Shown here piece by piece: positions 34,181 through 47,227 of a stretch of 64,000 bases of DNA. The DNA is from Podarcis liolepis (Eukaryota). The DNA is taken from the NCBI GenBank assembly GCA_965112155.1, contig OZ218098.1, one strand, 5' to 3'. The notes under the pieces are model-generated. The model was not told where the DNA came from. It did not search any database and worked only from the letters and a program-made list of their open reading frames with translations. The position numbers and the translations under genes were made by a program. Every line of letters begins with the position of its first letter. Position 1 is the stretch's first letter.

Positions 34181-35577
34181 TAGCTCAGTCGGTTAGAGCA
34201 GGGGTCAGCAAACTTTTTCAGTCCACTGTCCCTTAGACCTTGGGGGGGGGGGACTATATTTTGAGGAAAAAAATAATGAACGAATTCCTATGCCCCACAA
34301 ATAACCCAGAGATGCATTTTAAATAAAAGGACACATTCTACTCATGTAAAAACACGCTAATTCCTGGACCGGTCACAGGCCAGATTGAGAAGGCTATTGG
34401 GCCGGATCTGGCCCCCGGGCCTTAGTTTGCCTACCCTTGGGTTGCATCAGTTCTCAACCTGTGGGTCCCCATATGTTCTTAGACTACAACTCCCATCATC
34501 CCTGACCACTGTTCATGTTGGCTAGGAATGATGGGAGTTGTAGTTCAACAACATCTGGAGACCCGCAGGTTGAGAAAGGCTGGGTTAGAGCATAGTGCTG
34601 ACAGTGCCAAGTCTGCAGGTTTGATCCCCATATGGGACAACTTCATTTTCCTGCACTGCAGGGGGTTGGACTAAATCAGTGTTTCCCAAACGCGGGTGTC
34701 CAGCTGTTTTTGGACTACAGTTCCCATCAGTGTTCAAAACTCCGATTGTTCTAGGCGCATTTTGCGGCAGGGAATTTCATTAGTGTGAGCAGTTTCTGAG
34801 CTCTGGGCTCAGTACTGTGCCTAAGATTTCAGATTAAAACCGCAGAGTGGAAGGAAAGGAGGACCTTTTTCTGCCTCCCCACTTCCAGCTACTCTCTGGA
34901 AAAGAGACCCTCTTAAGAATATTAGGGGGGTGGGCAGGGGAAGGATGAGACCACGTGAAAAACAAACATAATATTTTAGCTGCAGTTCACTCATTTTCAG
35001 CATTGTTTTTAAAAAACTCAGCTTTGTTATAAAAAAGCGCACCTAGACATTCCGTTGTTGTGCCCATAACCTAGGTTTAAGGTGCCATTTAGCTCCCAGC
35101 TTTCATATCTCAGTTTCTAACACTGATTCCCATGATCCCTGACTGCTGGTCCTGCTAGCTAGGGATGATGATGATGATATATTATTTATATCCCGCCCAT
35201 CTGGCTGGGCTTCCCCAGCCACTCTGGGTGGCTTCCAACAAAATATTAAAATACAGTAATGCATCAAAATCTTCCCTAAACAGGGCTGCTTCCGGCTGTC
35301 TTCTAAAAGTCTGGTAGTTGTTGTTCTCTTTGACATCTGGTGGGAGGGCATTCCATGGGGTGGGTGCCACTACTGAGAAGGCCCTCTGCCTGGTTCCCTG
35401 TAACTTGGCTTCTCACAGTGAGGGAACCACCAGAAGGCCCTCAGAGCTGGACTTCAGTGTCCAGATAGAATGATGATGGGAGTTGTAGTCCAAAAACAGC
35501 GGGAGACCCAAGTTTGGTAAACACTGACTAGATGATCCTGAGGTTCCCTTCCAGCTCTATGATTTTATGATTCTATA
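34181..35577 (+). mobile_element. tRNA-derived SINE with CR1-like tail, split by four hAT MITEs and an L2 fragment
   Basis: Head TAGCTCAGTCGGTTAGAGCA, middle segment 34583-34676, tail ACTAGATGATCC...ATGATTCTAT. Inserts at 34199-34439, ~34448-34582, 34677-35526, 34728-35125 and 35164-35470. A related copy lies at ~39878-40035. Confidence 0.75.
35164..35470 (-). mobile_element. L2 LINE 3' fragment (nested)
   Basis: APTPWNALPPDVKENNNYQTFRRQ, matching an L2 ORF2 C-terminus. Confidence 0.75.
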
Positions 35578-38225
35578 ACACCACATGGTAGGTTTATTAC
35601 CAAAGTAATTAACACCACAGACAAGGCCTGACATCACCTCAAAACACCATCCAATGTCAGCTGTCAAATCATGACTAATCTGGCCAGTAGATTCAACCCA
35701 AAACATTTAAATAGGCAGCACTACAGGTTTCACAGCTCACATTTCCCTCTATAAAGTTCTATTCAGTGTCAGAGACTATGTTGCAAGGCAGGCTGGCCTG
35801 CTAGCAGGAATGGGGAGATGTAGCACAAAGCAGCTCCTTTGTTTAAACAGCATGAAAGCTGCTCTAAATTAATTGCTAAATAAGCAGTTCTCATGCAACT
35901 TCCCACCACCCAGCAACAAAAAGAGAAACTAGACAGGAAAGGTTTTGTTCAAGGGGGGAAATATCTCTTGTTGCACAAAGCAAGAGAGCCACCTCATCAA
36001 TAAAATTATATATAAAACCATCCTGGATGTAAGAATCAAATTAAAATTTCAAAATTAAGTAAAAAAGAAACCACACCCCCAGTTGCAATCAATCTAAAAG
36101 ATGAACGTGACTACTATTTATTAGCATTCAACAGGTTTTGCAGGTGAAGTTAGCTTTGCCCCAAGGTAGGATGAGACTGCAGTCACCTCTGTTTAAATTC
36201 CCCTAGTTCTAGTGAGTTATTGCTAGCCATTGTTTGGAGAAAGCCTTGTAACCAGCTACAACACAGCTGCCAACTTTTTGGTGTGGCAACTGAGGGAATA
36301 ATTATGCCTTTAAGCAAACACATCCTCCCCAACCCAAACAAGGAAGGAAGACATCCCACAAGCTAATCTAATCACCCCACACAAAGTGGCAATTGCCTCG
36401 ATTGCGATAAGATTATTAATGTGCTCAACTGATTGGGAGATGCGTATCATCACCAATGTGGTATACATCACAATTCTTGTTTAATTCATATAAGAATAGG
36501 ATATTCAAGAGTGTGACTAGGAACGACACACTGAGTGTCAGCCTCATTCCATCTAGAGTGTCAAACTAAAAGCACCCAATCCAAAGCAATGGAAAATGGA
36601 GACTAGTGGCTGCGCTATAGCAAGGATAGGCAAATGTTTACTTTTCGAGGGCCATGTTCCCTCAGTGTTACTTTCTCAGGAGCCACATGCTGATAAGTCA
36701 GTGGAGCCACAGTCAAAAGTAGCTAAGCTTTTCTTTCTCTTTAACCCTCCCTTTTCCCTCTGTTTCTCCCTCTCTTTGCCACCCACATGAAATTGCCTGT
36801 TCTGGTCTCCAAAAGCTGAGGCTGCTGAAGAGACCAGAGACCATCTTGGCTGTGAGCCCAGGAAGACCTGCTCCCTGCCTTGTGGGCCTTTTCCACTTGG
36901 CCTGGGAAGGACTGACTCCAACTACAAAAGCTGAGGCTGCTGAACAGACTCTTGGGCTGGGGTGCTGTTGTGGGGGGGGGAGGCGTTTTGCATTTTTATT
37001 TTGGATCTTATTGTGATTTATGTGGAAATTGTTTGGTTTGGTTGCGTATTTGTAATGTTTTATTTATTTTTTTACAACTACTTTTGTTGTATATATATTT
37101 ACATGTTGTAAACAGCCTTGATCATGGTTTAAACTGTGGAAAGACATGTATGTATGTATGTATGTATGTATGTGTATGCATGTACAGTGTCTGAAGCTTT
37201 ACTCCATGTTAACATTTTGCCAAAAGCAATACTAGAAGTAGCAGGTGCCAATTAGATGATGTAAAATTAACTGAGAGTCTTGTCCAAACAATTAGAATCC
37301 ATGCCAAAACCATCTGCTATCCCCAAGTTTGCATATACATTGTTCATTCTAGCAATTTTCTCTGAACTACTCAAGCCCAGACTCTTGGGAGGGATGGGGC
37401 CCCACCAAGAATAAACTTTTTTAAAAAAGGCTATCACACCCTCTCAGTCGAAATCTGCTCATTGCTTGCCAGAAAAACTGTATTGTCTAGTTTCGTCTAG
37501 ACCCATTATGATGGCAAAGGTTACTCTATGCATGTGTTTGCAAGAAAACTACGTATCTGAGTGGCCTGCAAAGGCGCCTTAAGAGTGTAATCTTATCCGT
37601 GTCTGCTCAAGAAATAAGCACTACTGAATTCAGCCGTACTTACTCCCATTTAAGCACATATAAGATTGCAGCTTAGCAACGGCGCTACCTAAACACAAAA
37701 ACATCTCTTCATTGTTAAAAAAGAACTCTGAAATCCAGGACACAGCAAACTATAAATAGCCATTCCTTAAATTACAGAGGTTATATGCAAACTGTAGACA
37801 AGCTACAAATACAAAACTTTCTTCTGTTACATTTCACCTAAAGGTAGCAAACCCTGAACATTGTAACACGTTTAGTCTGTGAGAGAAGAACCTTCATATT
37901 TTGGAATATAGCTTTGATAATATTCATATGAAAAGGTTTAATACCAATTACTATTACCTGGCAGAAGATTCTGGATTTTTCCAGAAGAGGGTGGATTCCC
38001 CACAACTCCCAAATCCCCAAATTTGAGTTTATGGTCAACATGAGTTTGGGTAGCCTGTATAATTTGTTGTCACTAACAAACTTGTTATTTAAACATATCT
38101 GAATCAGTGCTTCAAGCCACAACATCATTTTATTCACCAGCCATCATTTTATGTAATATCCGGTCATTCAGAGTGGCATTTCTTGCTCCTGACTACTTCC
38201 CTCAAGTGAGCAGGGCAATAAAGTA

Positions 38226-38699
38226 CCGTATTTTTCGTCCCATAGGACGCTCCGTCCCATAGGACACACCTAGTTTTTTGGGGGGAAATAAAGGGAATTT
38301 TTTCCCCTTTATTTACCCCCCCCCCCAAAAGCAGGTCAGGGAAACCGAACCAGGTCGAGGAACAGCGGGATGGCGGGGCTGCACCTCCCTGCTGTCCCCC
38401 GAGCTTGTGGGGCTGGCCGATGTCTGTCCGGCGCGTGGGGCGCTCTGCTTCAGGGCGCCCCGCCCGCCGGGCGACAGGCTGCTATCCGCAGCATGGGGAG
38501 CATTGCAGGGAACTCCCGCAGGTCTGCCTAGGCTGCGGGTGTCTTCCTGAAGCCTGGAGAGAGAGAGGGGTCGGTGCGCACTGACCCCTCTCGCTCTCCA
38601 AGCTTCAGCGAAAGCCTGCATTCTCCCCATAGGATGCACCCAGATTTCCCCTTCATTTTTGGAGGGGAAAAAGTGCGTCCTATAGGGCGAAAAATACGG
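38226..38699. mobile_element. Tc1/pogo-superfamily MITE, inverted relative to the 28196 copy
   Basis: TA-CCGTATTTTTCG...AAAAATACGG-TA, with the same internal palindrome at ~38547-38608. Confidence 0.85.
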
Positions 38700-40658
38700 T
38701 AACTGTGCCCATTGCAATAACCTCTGTGTCACACAATCGTCTCCAGTCACGTTCCCCAAAGTGATGCTGCCTATAAAACAAAGTGTGATCTTTAAATTAC
38801 TAAGGCTGGTATTAAGAACTGCAAATATTTATGCCAACTTGTTTAAGTAAGAATCCATCTAAGTGAAGGCAGCTAGACTTGTTCTCTCCCTTCTCAAGTG
38901 ACCAGTCTCCACATTTCACAACTGACCAACTTTCAGACATTTCCTCAATTCCAAGATGTTCTTTGGTGATAAAACTGCTTGCTTTCTCTTTTCTCACACA
39001 ACAAACTCTGACTTAATACTGGTCTATTAAAATAGAAACATCCAATATCAAAGGACTTCCTTTTAGGAAACCAGCGTATTTTCAAAATATCAAGCTGAGG
39101 CATTGTGTCCCTGTTATCACAGCTTAAAAAGAATGGATTAAATGCTATTGAAAGAAAATTGTTTGAGCTTTGTCCAAGGAAACAAAATGGGGGATTTTTG
39201 TATGCATTTTGTTGTGTCATTCCCTCTCCCCACCCCACACCCCTGGAAGGCTAAAGGGAAGGACATCTTGAATCATACAGCACTGCGCAAGCACAGCACA
39301 CAAGACAAATTCCAGATGTGCCCCCAGCAGTGCCATTTAGTGAACCCACAGTTCTGGTGCAGGTCCTCACCAATTCTGTGGGTTTGCCATGGTGGCAGGA
39401 GACAGTAGTAATGCCACTGAAATCTGTGATGGGCACCTGCCATTTTGACTTTTCCACCGTGCCCTGGCAGAACATGGCAGGAAGACCCCAACTCAAATAT
39501 AGCTGGGTGGGTCTCTTCCAGGGCCCTGAATCCTGACTGGAAGCTGCCTGAGCATTCCACATGCTGGCACCAGCCCTGACACAGGGATTTGGCCTCTATT
39601 TGCCACGTCTATCTTGAAGGTGAAAAGAAGAAGCATGTTCCCAAATAGATTCAGCCTGAAAGCACTTATTCGGGCCCAAACCATGTGGGAAAATGCTTGA
39701 AATGGCAAAGTCCTCAAAGGGTGACTTTACTGTAACAGTTCAGTATGGTGTTAAAGTTGGACAACATAGAGGCTGTGATGTCAGAGATGATGCTGTTATG
39801 AGTAGGAGAGCTCAAGTTTTCCAGCAGAGATACATGCAGATATTGGAAAAGAAATGAAATAAAGATGATCCACATGGATAGCTCAGTTGGTTACAGCATG
39901 GTGCATTTCTCGGTAGTGGTTATTTGTTTATTTGTTTATTTATTATTATTATCAATAAGAGCTGCATATTCCTGCATTGCAGGGAGTTGCACTAGATGAT
40001 TCTCAGGGTCCCAACCAACTGTATGATTCTATGTATACCTTTCCCTTTCCATCAGTGGCCTCCAAGACAGTTTAGGGTCTAAAACTACAGTACCACAAGA
40101 AACACACACACGATGAATAGGAAATGAATGCCACCAAGATGACCACAGTTTAGCTAAAACCCTAATTTTTCTCTTCCCTGTTCCTTTCTATAATGAGGCT
40201 AATTGATCCCTTGATTCACAATACACATGGATTTCACAGGCACACACACACACACACACACACAGACACTAGTTCAGCTTCCTTCTAGAAATCCTAGTAT
40301 GGCCACTTCTGTTGACTGCCCTTGTCTAATCCTCATCCTAAACAAGATTCTATGCCAGAGGGAACTTTGATGTAGGTGCTTAGAACCTTGCAAAGGCTTA
40401 GCCTGGGATGGGACATCTGTGGTTCTCTTTATGTTGCTGGGCAACAGCTCCCATCATCCCTGACCAGCTAGGGATGACTGGAACTGTAATCCAAAAACAG
40501 CTGGAGACACAAGTTGAGGAAACCCCAGACTAGATGATCCTCAGAGTCACTGCCAACTCTATGAGTCAGTGAAAAGAAGACAAGGGATGAAGATGAGAAG
40601 GAGGGAGAAGAGCTGGCATGCTTGGTTCCCCACTTCCATGCCTCTCACATGTTTTATT

Positions 40659-40996
40659 AGGTAAAGGAATGCCTGACCATTAGGTTCAGTCATGACCAAC
40701 TCTGGGGTTGTAGCGTTCATCTCACTTTATTGGCCGAGGGAGCCAGCATACAGCTTCTGGGTCATGTGGACGGCATGACTAAGCCACTTCTGGCAAACCA
40801 GAGCAGCGCACGGAAATGCCGTTTACCTTCCCGCCTATTTATCTACTTGCACTTTGACGTGCTTTCAAACTGCTAGGTTGGCAGGAGCAGGGACCGAACC
40901 ACGGGAGCTCACCCCGTTGCGGGGATTCGAACCGCTGACCTTCTGATCGGCATTTCCTAGGCTCTGTGGTTTAACCCACAGCGCCACCCGCGTCCC
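40659..40996 (-). mobile_element. Sauria SINE
   Basis: Family consensus with a small internal deletion. Confidence 0.9.
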
Positions 40997-43282
40997 ATGT
41001 TTCCTTAATAGGATAATAATAATAGCATAATAGTAATGTCTGAAGAAGGCTTATGAAAGTGCAATAGTGACCTATGCAAATACTGCTCTGAGCAGAGCTT
41101 CATGCAGAGCTGCACCAGGCAGCCTCTTCCAAGCAGTTATTCTGAGGAACTGTGCACAGAGGCAGCAGAACTGGCTGCCCCTAACAGAGGCTTCCTTGGA
41201 ACAAGACACAAACCTCTTCTAGGAATGGGAGATTTGGGCTTGCAACAGCCTTTAATCATGTAATCTCACAGCGTAACAGGAACTCTCTTGTGGTTATACG
41301 GCAGCCTGGATGAGAACAGACTCCCCCAACCTGGCAGCCTCCCTCAAAAATGCCTTGAATGATAGCTCCAGTCATCTTCGGCAAGCATGGCCAGGGATGA
41401 CTGGAGCTATAGTTCAAATCATCTGGAAAACACCAGGCTGGACTAGAATATCTAGACAGACGGACAAGGAATGCAGAAAGAGAAAGCTGCTGCACAAACG
41501 AGTCTCAAAATTCTACTCGTCTTCATAATTGACCACCACTTCTTTGCCAAGGTACACTGTTGCATAGGGCTGCCATAAGTCTGGGATTTCCCAGACATAT
41601 CTGGGATATGTCCATCAAAAATAACGTCCGGGTGGAATTTTTGAAAAGCGGTAAAAACCCGGGCATATGGCAACCCATGCCAGAAGTGTCGATTTTTCAG
41701 CAAATCTCCTTAAAAATAGCAGAAAACTTTCAAATTTTTTGGAGATTTTGCAAACAAAAACAAAACCTCAACAACTTTGCCCCAAAAGGCTCAACAAACT
41801 TTTGTGTCCGGATTTTCACTTTTTGAAATATGCATTGCATTGCAAGCCAATAACCAGATCCAGCCACTTTTTCAACTTCACTGTGATCAGAGCCAAGTTC
41901 ACAGTATGGCCCGGAGTCCTGCCACCCCATCTAATTAAAAACAACAGCAGAATTCTATATAAATCTCAGTGTGCATCAGAAGCAGCCATGGTGCTCCTGA
42001 TCAGTGCCACCGGGGCTAATGGCAAAATGCTGGAATAGTCGGGAAAGGTGAGGCGCAACTAGAGCAAGTAGAGAGCAGAAAGCTCTCTGCGGACAGGCAA
42101 GACCCAGGTGAGTGAATTTAGTTCACCCTCAATATTAGAAGTCCTTCCACATTCCCAGAGCCTTGCAGTTTCAGCAGCCACACAAAGCAGTGCCTCTTTT
42201 TAAAGCCCCTCTTTACAAACAAAATGAAGGTTAGAAACCTCTTCGCAAAAACAAACTCATTCCTGAATCTTCTAAGGAAAGTCACTTGAAGAAGCTGAAC
42301 ATCCAAGATTTGCAACCCTGGAAGAAAGCCTCTCCGACTGTAGCTGCACTGAAAATTCCCAGGGATATAATATGCTACATATCATTGTCTAGCACTAGTA
42401 TCAGAATTTACACTGTGTTAGTGACAGGTTTACTTCAATGACATTTTTTTTTAAAAAAAACCACCACAACACCACACATGCACACACGCAAAACAGCTTA
42501 ATGCAGTTTCCTACAGAATCAAATACATATTGAAAAAGCTCATCTCACAAGCCTTTCTGCTACGGTCTGGCTTTTCGGAGGCGTTGCCTTGGTCTACTTG
42601 CTCCCGGTTGGGTACACTTAAGCTTCTTGTGTTCCCACCTTTCTATTTTTTCCTGGTGGCGTTTTTGGAGGGGGAAGGACCAGATCATTTGTCATCACCC
42701 GCCCTTGCCTGGACCCCAGGATCAAAGCCCCGCCAGCATTTGTACCCTGCAAACTTGCAACCGCCGCCCAGTCCACCCCTCTGCGCCTCCTTAGCCAATA
42801 TCAATATGGGACATAGACTTGAGAGAATCGTGATTGGCTGAGAGGGCAGAGGCCAGGGCTCCCGAGGAAACATTGCCCTGACTCACTCCCACACTGGCTA
42901 TCTTGACAGCAACAGACTTCCTAAAGGAGCCCCAGGATAGCACGGAAAAACCTGCAGGAATGTAAGCTTGCCATGCGATGCCTGATGAAAACATGCCAAA
43001 GCAATGCAGACCAGAAGGCCGCTGGGCACTCCCAGCACACACTCATTGTTTCATATGCATTTTTAGAAACACAAATAATTTTTTTAAAAGGGAATTGCCT
43101 CATTCCTGTTGGGAAAAGCTGGATTTCCCACTCCTGTGGACTTAAACACCTCTAACCAGAATGCAGATGTTTATTTAGCAAGAATTTGTCATCATTTCAG
43201 CTGTACTTAAGCTCGCTGGTGCTTCCTAGTAGTCACAATGGCTATATGCTACCTCTAGATCGAAGGAGCATATAAAACTGGG

Positions 43283-43689
43283 TAAGGCTGGGCGATATCC
43301 AGTTTTCAAGATTGTGAAGTATCACCAGCTAAACATTGCAGTATACTGATATATCACGATGTCTCAAAGAAGGATGGAGCTATGTGGAGGCATTGGCCGG
43401 CTTCACGGTTTTCCCCGCATCATGATTTTTGATGGCACCTGCTCTTGTGATTTGCTGCCCCCCTGCAGGAGGCAGGGGAGAGCCAAGTCGGCAGAGTTAA
43501 CATGGGCTGCAGGAATCAAGAGAAACACTGGCTGGCTTTACGGTTTTTCCCACCCTGTGATTTTTGCACAGCACACACACACCCCCCACAATTCACGACA
43601 CATTGCCAGGTCAAAAATTACGAAACCAATATCACGATATGGACTTCAATCCGGTTTTGGATGATATATTGATATTTCGCCCAGCCCTA
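43283..43689. mobile_element. hAT-like MITE
   Basis: TIRs TAAGGCTGGGCGATA and TTTCGCCCAGCCCTA. Confidence 0.7.
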
Positions 43690-43746
43690 GCATAGGGGGC
43701 CAAGAAGGACTTTGCACATACCCCAAACAAATGCCTTTCCACTTAC

Positions 43747-44426
43747 CTCTTCCATCTCAAACGAGTCCTTCTGCTGCAACATGAGATTGGCAATGGATGG
43801 GTTGGCGATTGAAGTGCAGGGCTGTTTATCCAACACGGGAGCAGGAGTTATTTGCTGTTCGGCGTTAACTTCGAGCCCAGAACTGGCTGGTGCTAGCGCA
43901 TCGCTCTCGATACTACTGGATGTTGTAGCCGCAGCTTTTTCATCTGAATGATCAACCGAGTCCTTGGTTTCAGGAGGCACAGTACCATCTCCTTGCTTTG
44001 CATTCATGCCAGAAGAAATTCCCGAAGCCTTGAGACCCTCAGCCGCAGTGGATTGGTTGCTTGGCGTCTCCTCTTTTACCGTAGCCAGCAGAGAAGCTTT
44101 GAAGTGTTTTGGAGTTTTGGGCTCATTTTTTGCCTCCGCTTCTTCAGCCCCACTTTCGGCTTTCCCCGTCTCGACTGGTGAGGCAGCAGGGCTGCCGGCC
44201 CCTTCACCTGCCTGCGGGCTCCCGTACAGATTGAGTTTAGACAAGGTCTTGATGAAACGACTGGCCGTGTTGCTCCGCGTCAGAGGAGGAGGGCTGGGTG
44301 CCTCTTTGCTGGAAGCGGTCGAATTCATGCTCCCAATTTTCTGCAGCGGAGTGCCAGAGACTTGGGAGTACAAGGAAGAGAATGCATTGGCCACCGTGGT
44401 GAGCACTTCAATTTGACGAAAGCGGC
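43747..44426 (-). CDS. ITPRID2: ITPRID2 exon 8 equivalent (680 nt)
   Basis: RFRQIEVLTTVANAFSSLYSQVSGTPLQKIGSM...QQKDSFEMEE. Junctions CAG| and |GTAAGT. Confidence 0.97.
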
Positions 44427-44994
44427 CTGGCAAAAGGACAAAAAAACAAAGAGATGACAAAGAGAACAATGGGAGGCATTGTAAGAGTCAATAATGAAGC
44501 TGCTTGGAACTTGCAAAGGTAAAAACAAACACATAGGCAAAGGCCCACCAGATTGCTAAACCTCAAATGTCTCTGTCAAAGAGTACCCACAGCCTTGGGC
44601 TTTTCCGAAATTCAATTTTTTAAAAAGCCAATCGTTTTATTTTATTTTTAAGAACAGCTGTTTGTTACTTCGTACTCCAAACTATTGCATTTCATTATTA
44701 AAATGTCATTTTGACTATTACATGAAAAAGGACACACACATACAAAATGTTACTGCCAATAGGCAAGTCTTTAAATCACTTGTGCCTTTCAAGTTACACA
44801 AACTATACATTTTGGTTGCATCTAGCAAAGTTCTGGTGAAATGTTTCAGGAGGAGAGAGAGGTCAGCGTCGGCCCCTTTCACCACCTTTGCCCACCCAGG
44901 TCCCTGCCCCCTTAACTCACATCCACCCCTCTCAAAGTGGTTTCATATCCTTTCCTCTGAATCCCACCATGCACCACCACCACCACCACCACAA

Positions 44995-45437
44995 TAATAA
45001 TAATAGTAATAATAATTTTATTATTTATGTGCGCCCATATTGCTGGGTAGCCCCAGCCACTCTGGGCGGTTCCCAAGAAAATATTAAAAACACAATAAAA
45101 AGTCAACCATTAAAAACTTCCCTGAACGGGAACAGCTTTCAGATGTCTTCTAAAAGTCAGATAGTTGTTTATTTCCTTGACATCTGATAGGAGCAAGTTC
45201 CACGGGGGGGGGGGGTGTGGTCACTACCAAGAAGGCCCTCTGTCTGGTTCCCTGTAGTGTCACGTCTCACAGTGATGGAACCGCCAGAAAACCCTCAGCG
45301 CTGGACCTCAGTGTCCAGGTTGGACCATGGGGGTGGAGATGCTCCTTCAGGTATGCAGGGCTGAGGCTGTTTAGGGCTTTAAAGGTCAACACCAGCACTT
45401 TGAATTGTGCTCAGAAACATACTGGAAGCCAGTGTAG
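44995..45437 (-). mobile_element. L2 LINE 3' fragment with (AAT)n-type tail
   Basis: Same 3' UTR as the 35164 copy (CCCCAGCCACTCTGGG), plus upstream ORF2 sequence. Confidence 0.75.
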
Positions 45438-45942
45438 ATTCTCTGCTCTGTCATCTGTGGTCAATTGCCTTCAAGAAGGCACTATGTGTCTTCTTGGAAT
45501 AGGGATGGGGACCCAGTGATGGCCTTCCAGATGTTATTGGGTTTCCAAGCTCTAGAGCATTCAGCATTTTGTTAGGGAAGTCCATTTAGGGTCCATCTGC
45601 ACTATACATTTAATGTAGTACCACACCACTTTAAATAGCTGCAGCTTCCCCCCCCCAAAAAAAATCATCATCATCATGAGAACTGTAGTTCATTAAGGCC
45701 TCTGAGAGTTGTTATACCTCCCATTTCCCTCACAAAGAACAACTGCTAAACCACTAGAAGTTTTTTGGGGGAAGGCTCCTATCAACACTCTGTAGCCTGA
45801 ACAAACTACAGCCCCTCTGATTTAAAGTGGTGTGATCCTGCTTTAAATGTGTACTGCAGGTGGGGCCCCAAACACTTGCTCCTGAGGCCGTCAACATGAC
45901 ACCAGCAATTTTGAAACCGTGCTCTTAATTTAGTATACATAC

Positions 45943-46151
45943 TGGTCAATGCAAAATTCGGATTTTCCACTTCCATGCGCTGCAACTGGGCATTCAGAAA
46001 CACTTTGATATCTATCCCCCTGGCAAAGGACGATGAATTGAAAAATCTCGATGGAATCTTAGAAGCAATATCTGGTTCATCACGGCCAAATCCAAGATTG
46101 TAGAGGACCTCTTCAGGATCTTCCTCGTACAGTTCCAGGAGTTCAGATACA
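45943..46151 (-). CDS. ITPRID2: ITPRID2 exon 7 equivalent (209 nt; KRAP IP3R-binding region)
   Basis: [37 protein letters not shown]...ENPNFALT. Junctions TAG| and |GTATGT. Confidence 0.97.
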
Positions 46152-46232
46152 CTAGATGAAAACAAAAACACCCCATAATTGCTTTCCACCCTTTTTTTTC
46201 CTTGGACGTGATTCCTTCCTTTCGGACAAGTA

Positions 46233-46469
46233 CAGTGGTACCTCGGTTTACAAACTTAATCCGTTCCCGAAGTGTGTTCTTAAACCCAAACTGTTCTTAA
46301 ACTGAGATGTGCTTTCCCTAATGAGGCCTCCTGCCACCGGTGCCCTTCCACTGTTTGGATTCCGTTCTTAGACCGAAGTAAAGTTCTCAAACCAAGACAC
46401 TGTTTCCAGTTTTGTGGAGTTTGTAAACCAAATCTTAAACCGGACTGTTCTTAAACCGAGGTACCACTA
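46233..46469. mobile_element. Tigger/pogo-like MITE
   Basis: TA-CAGTGGTACCTCGGTTTA...TAAACCGAGGTACCACTA-TA. Confidence 0.85.
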
Positions 46470-47018
46470 TACAAGCAAGAACTACACCCTGGTTAAACTG
46501 AAGTCCTCTGATTAAAACAGATGTAGGCTACGGTTCTAAGCATTTCAAGGAGATAAATTTGTTTTCTGTGAGTCTGCAAGGTTTACTTCCAAGAACATGT
46601 GTTGAGGAATGAGGAACTGGACCTGTCTGAGACCACAACCCTCTTCAGGTGTTTCAATAGTGAGCGCAAAAAAGAAGAAGTTGGCATCGCCCTTCTGTAC
46701 TTGTGGAGGCCGCCCACACATTTTGGAGCCCTGATTCTCCTGGGTTCTCTAAAGTGCACAGGGAGCCTTCACAAATGCAGGAGGCTTGGATTGGGTTGGA
46801 AGTTGGGTGGGAAGAGTGCCTGGGGGAAGGGACAGAACTAGCATGCTCATCTGCATTGCCCGCCCGTGTTTTCTGAAGTCTTCATTGAACTGGAGGTGGC
46901 ATTCGATAGCCATCTCCGGCTTGCTGACTTGAGAGGAACTTCAAGATCAAAGCAAAACTTGCTTTCAAGGAAATGTGTCTAGGCTTGGTATGCAAATTTA
47001 ATGCTTTAGTCCCCAGTA

Positions 47019-47227
47019 CAGTGGTACCTTGGGTTACATACGCTTCAGGTTACAGACTCCGCTAACCCAGAAATAGTGCTTCAGGTTAAGAACTTTGCTT
47101 CAGGTTGAGAACAGAAATCGTGCTCCGGCGGCGCGGCAGCAGCAGGAGGCCCCATCAGGTTAAGAACAGTTTCAGGTTAAGAACAGACCTCTGGAGTGAA
47201 TTAAGTACTCAATCTGAGGTAGCACTG
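47019..47227. mobile_element. Tigger/pogo-like MITE
   Basis: TA-CAGTGGTACCT...AGGTAGCACTG-TA, with internal TTCAGGTTAAGAAC repeats. Confidence 0.85.

Noticed and set aside
37838-38137. 99-aa minus-strand ORF, possibly an old LINE fragment
   Set aside because: No motif could be identified with confidence.
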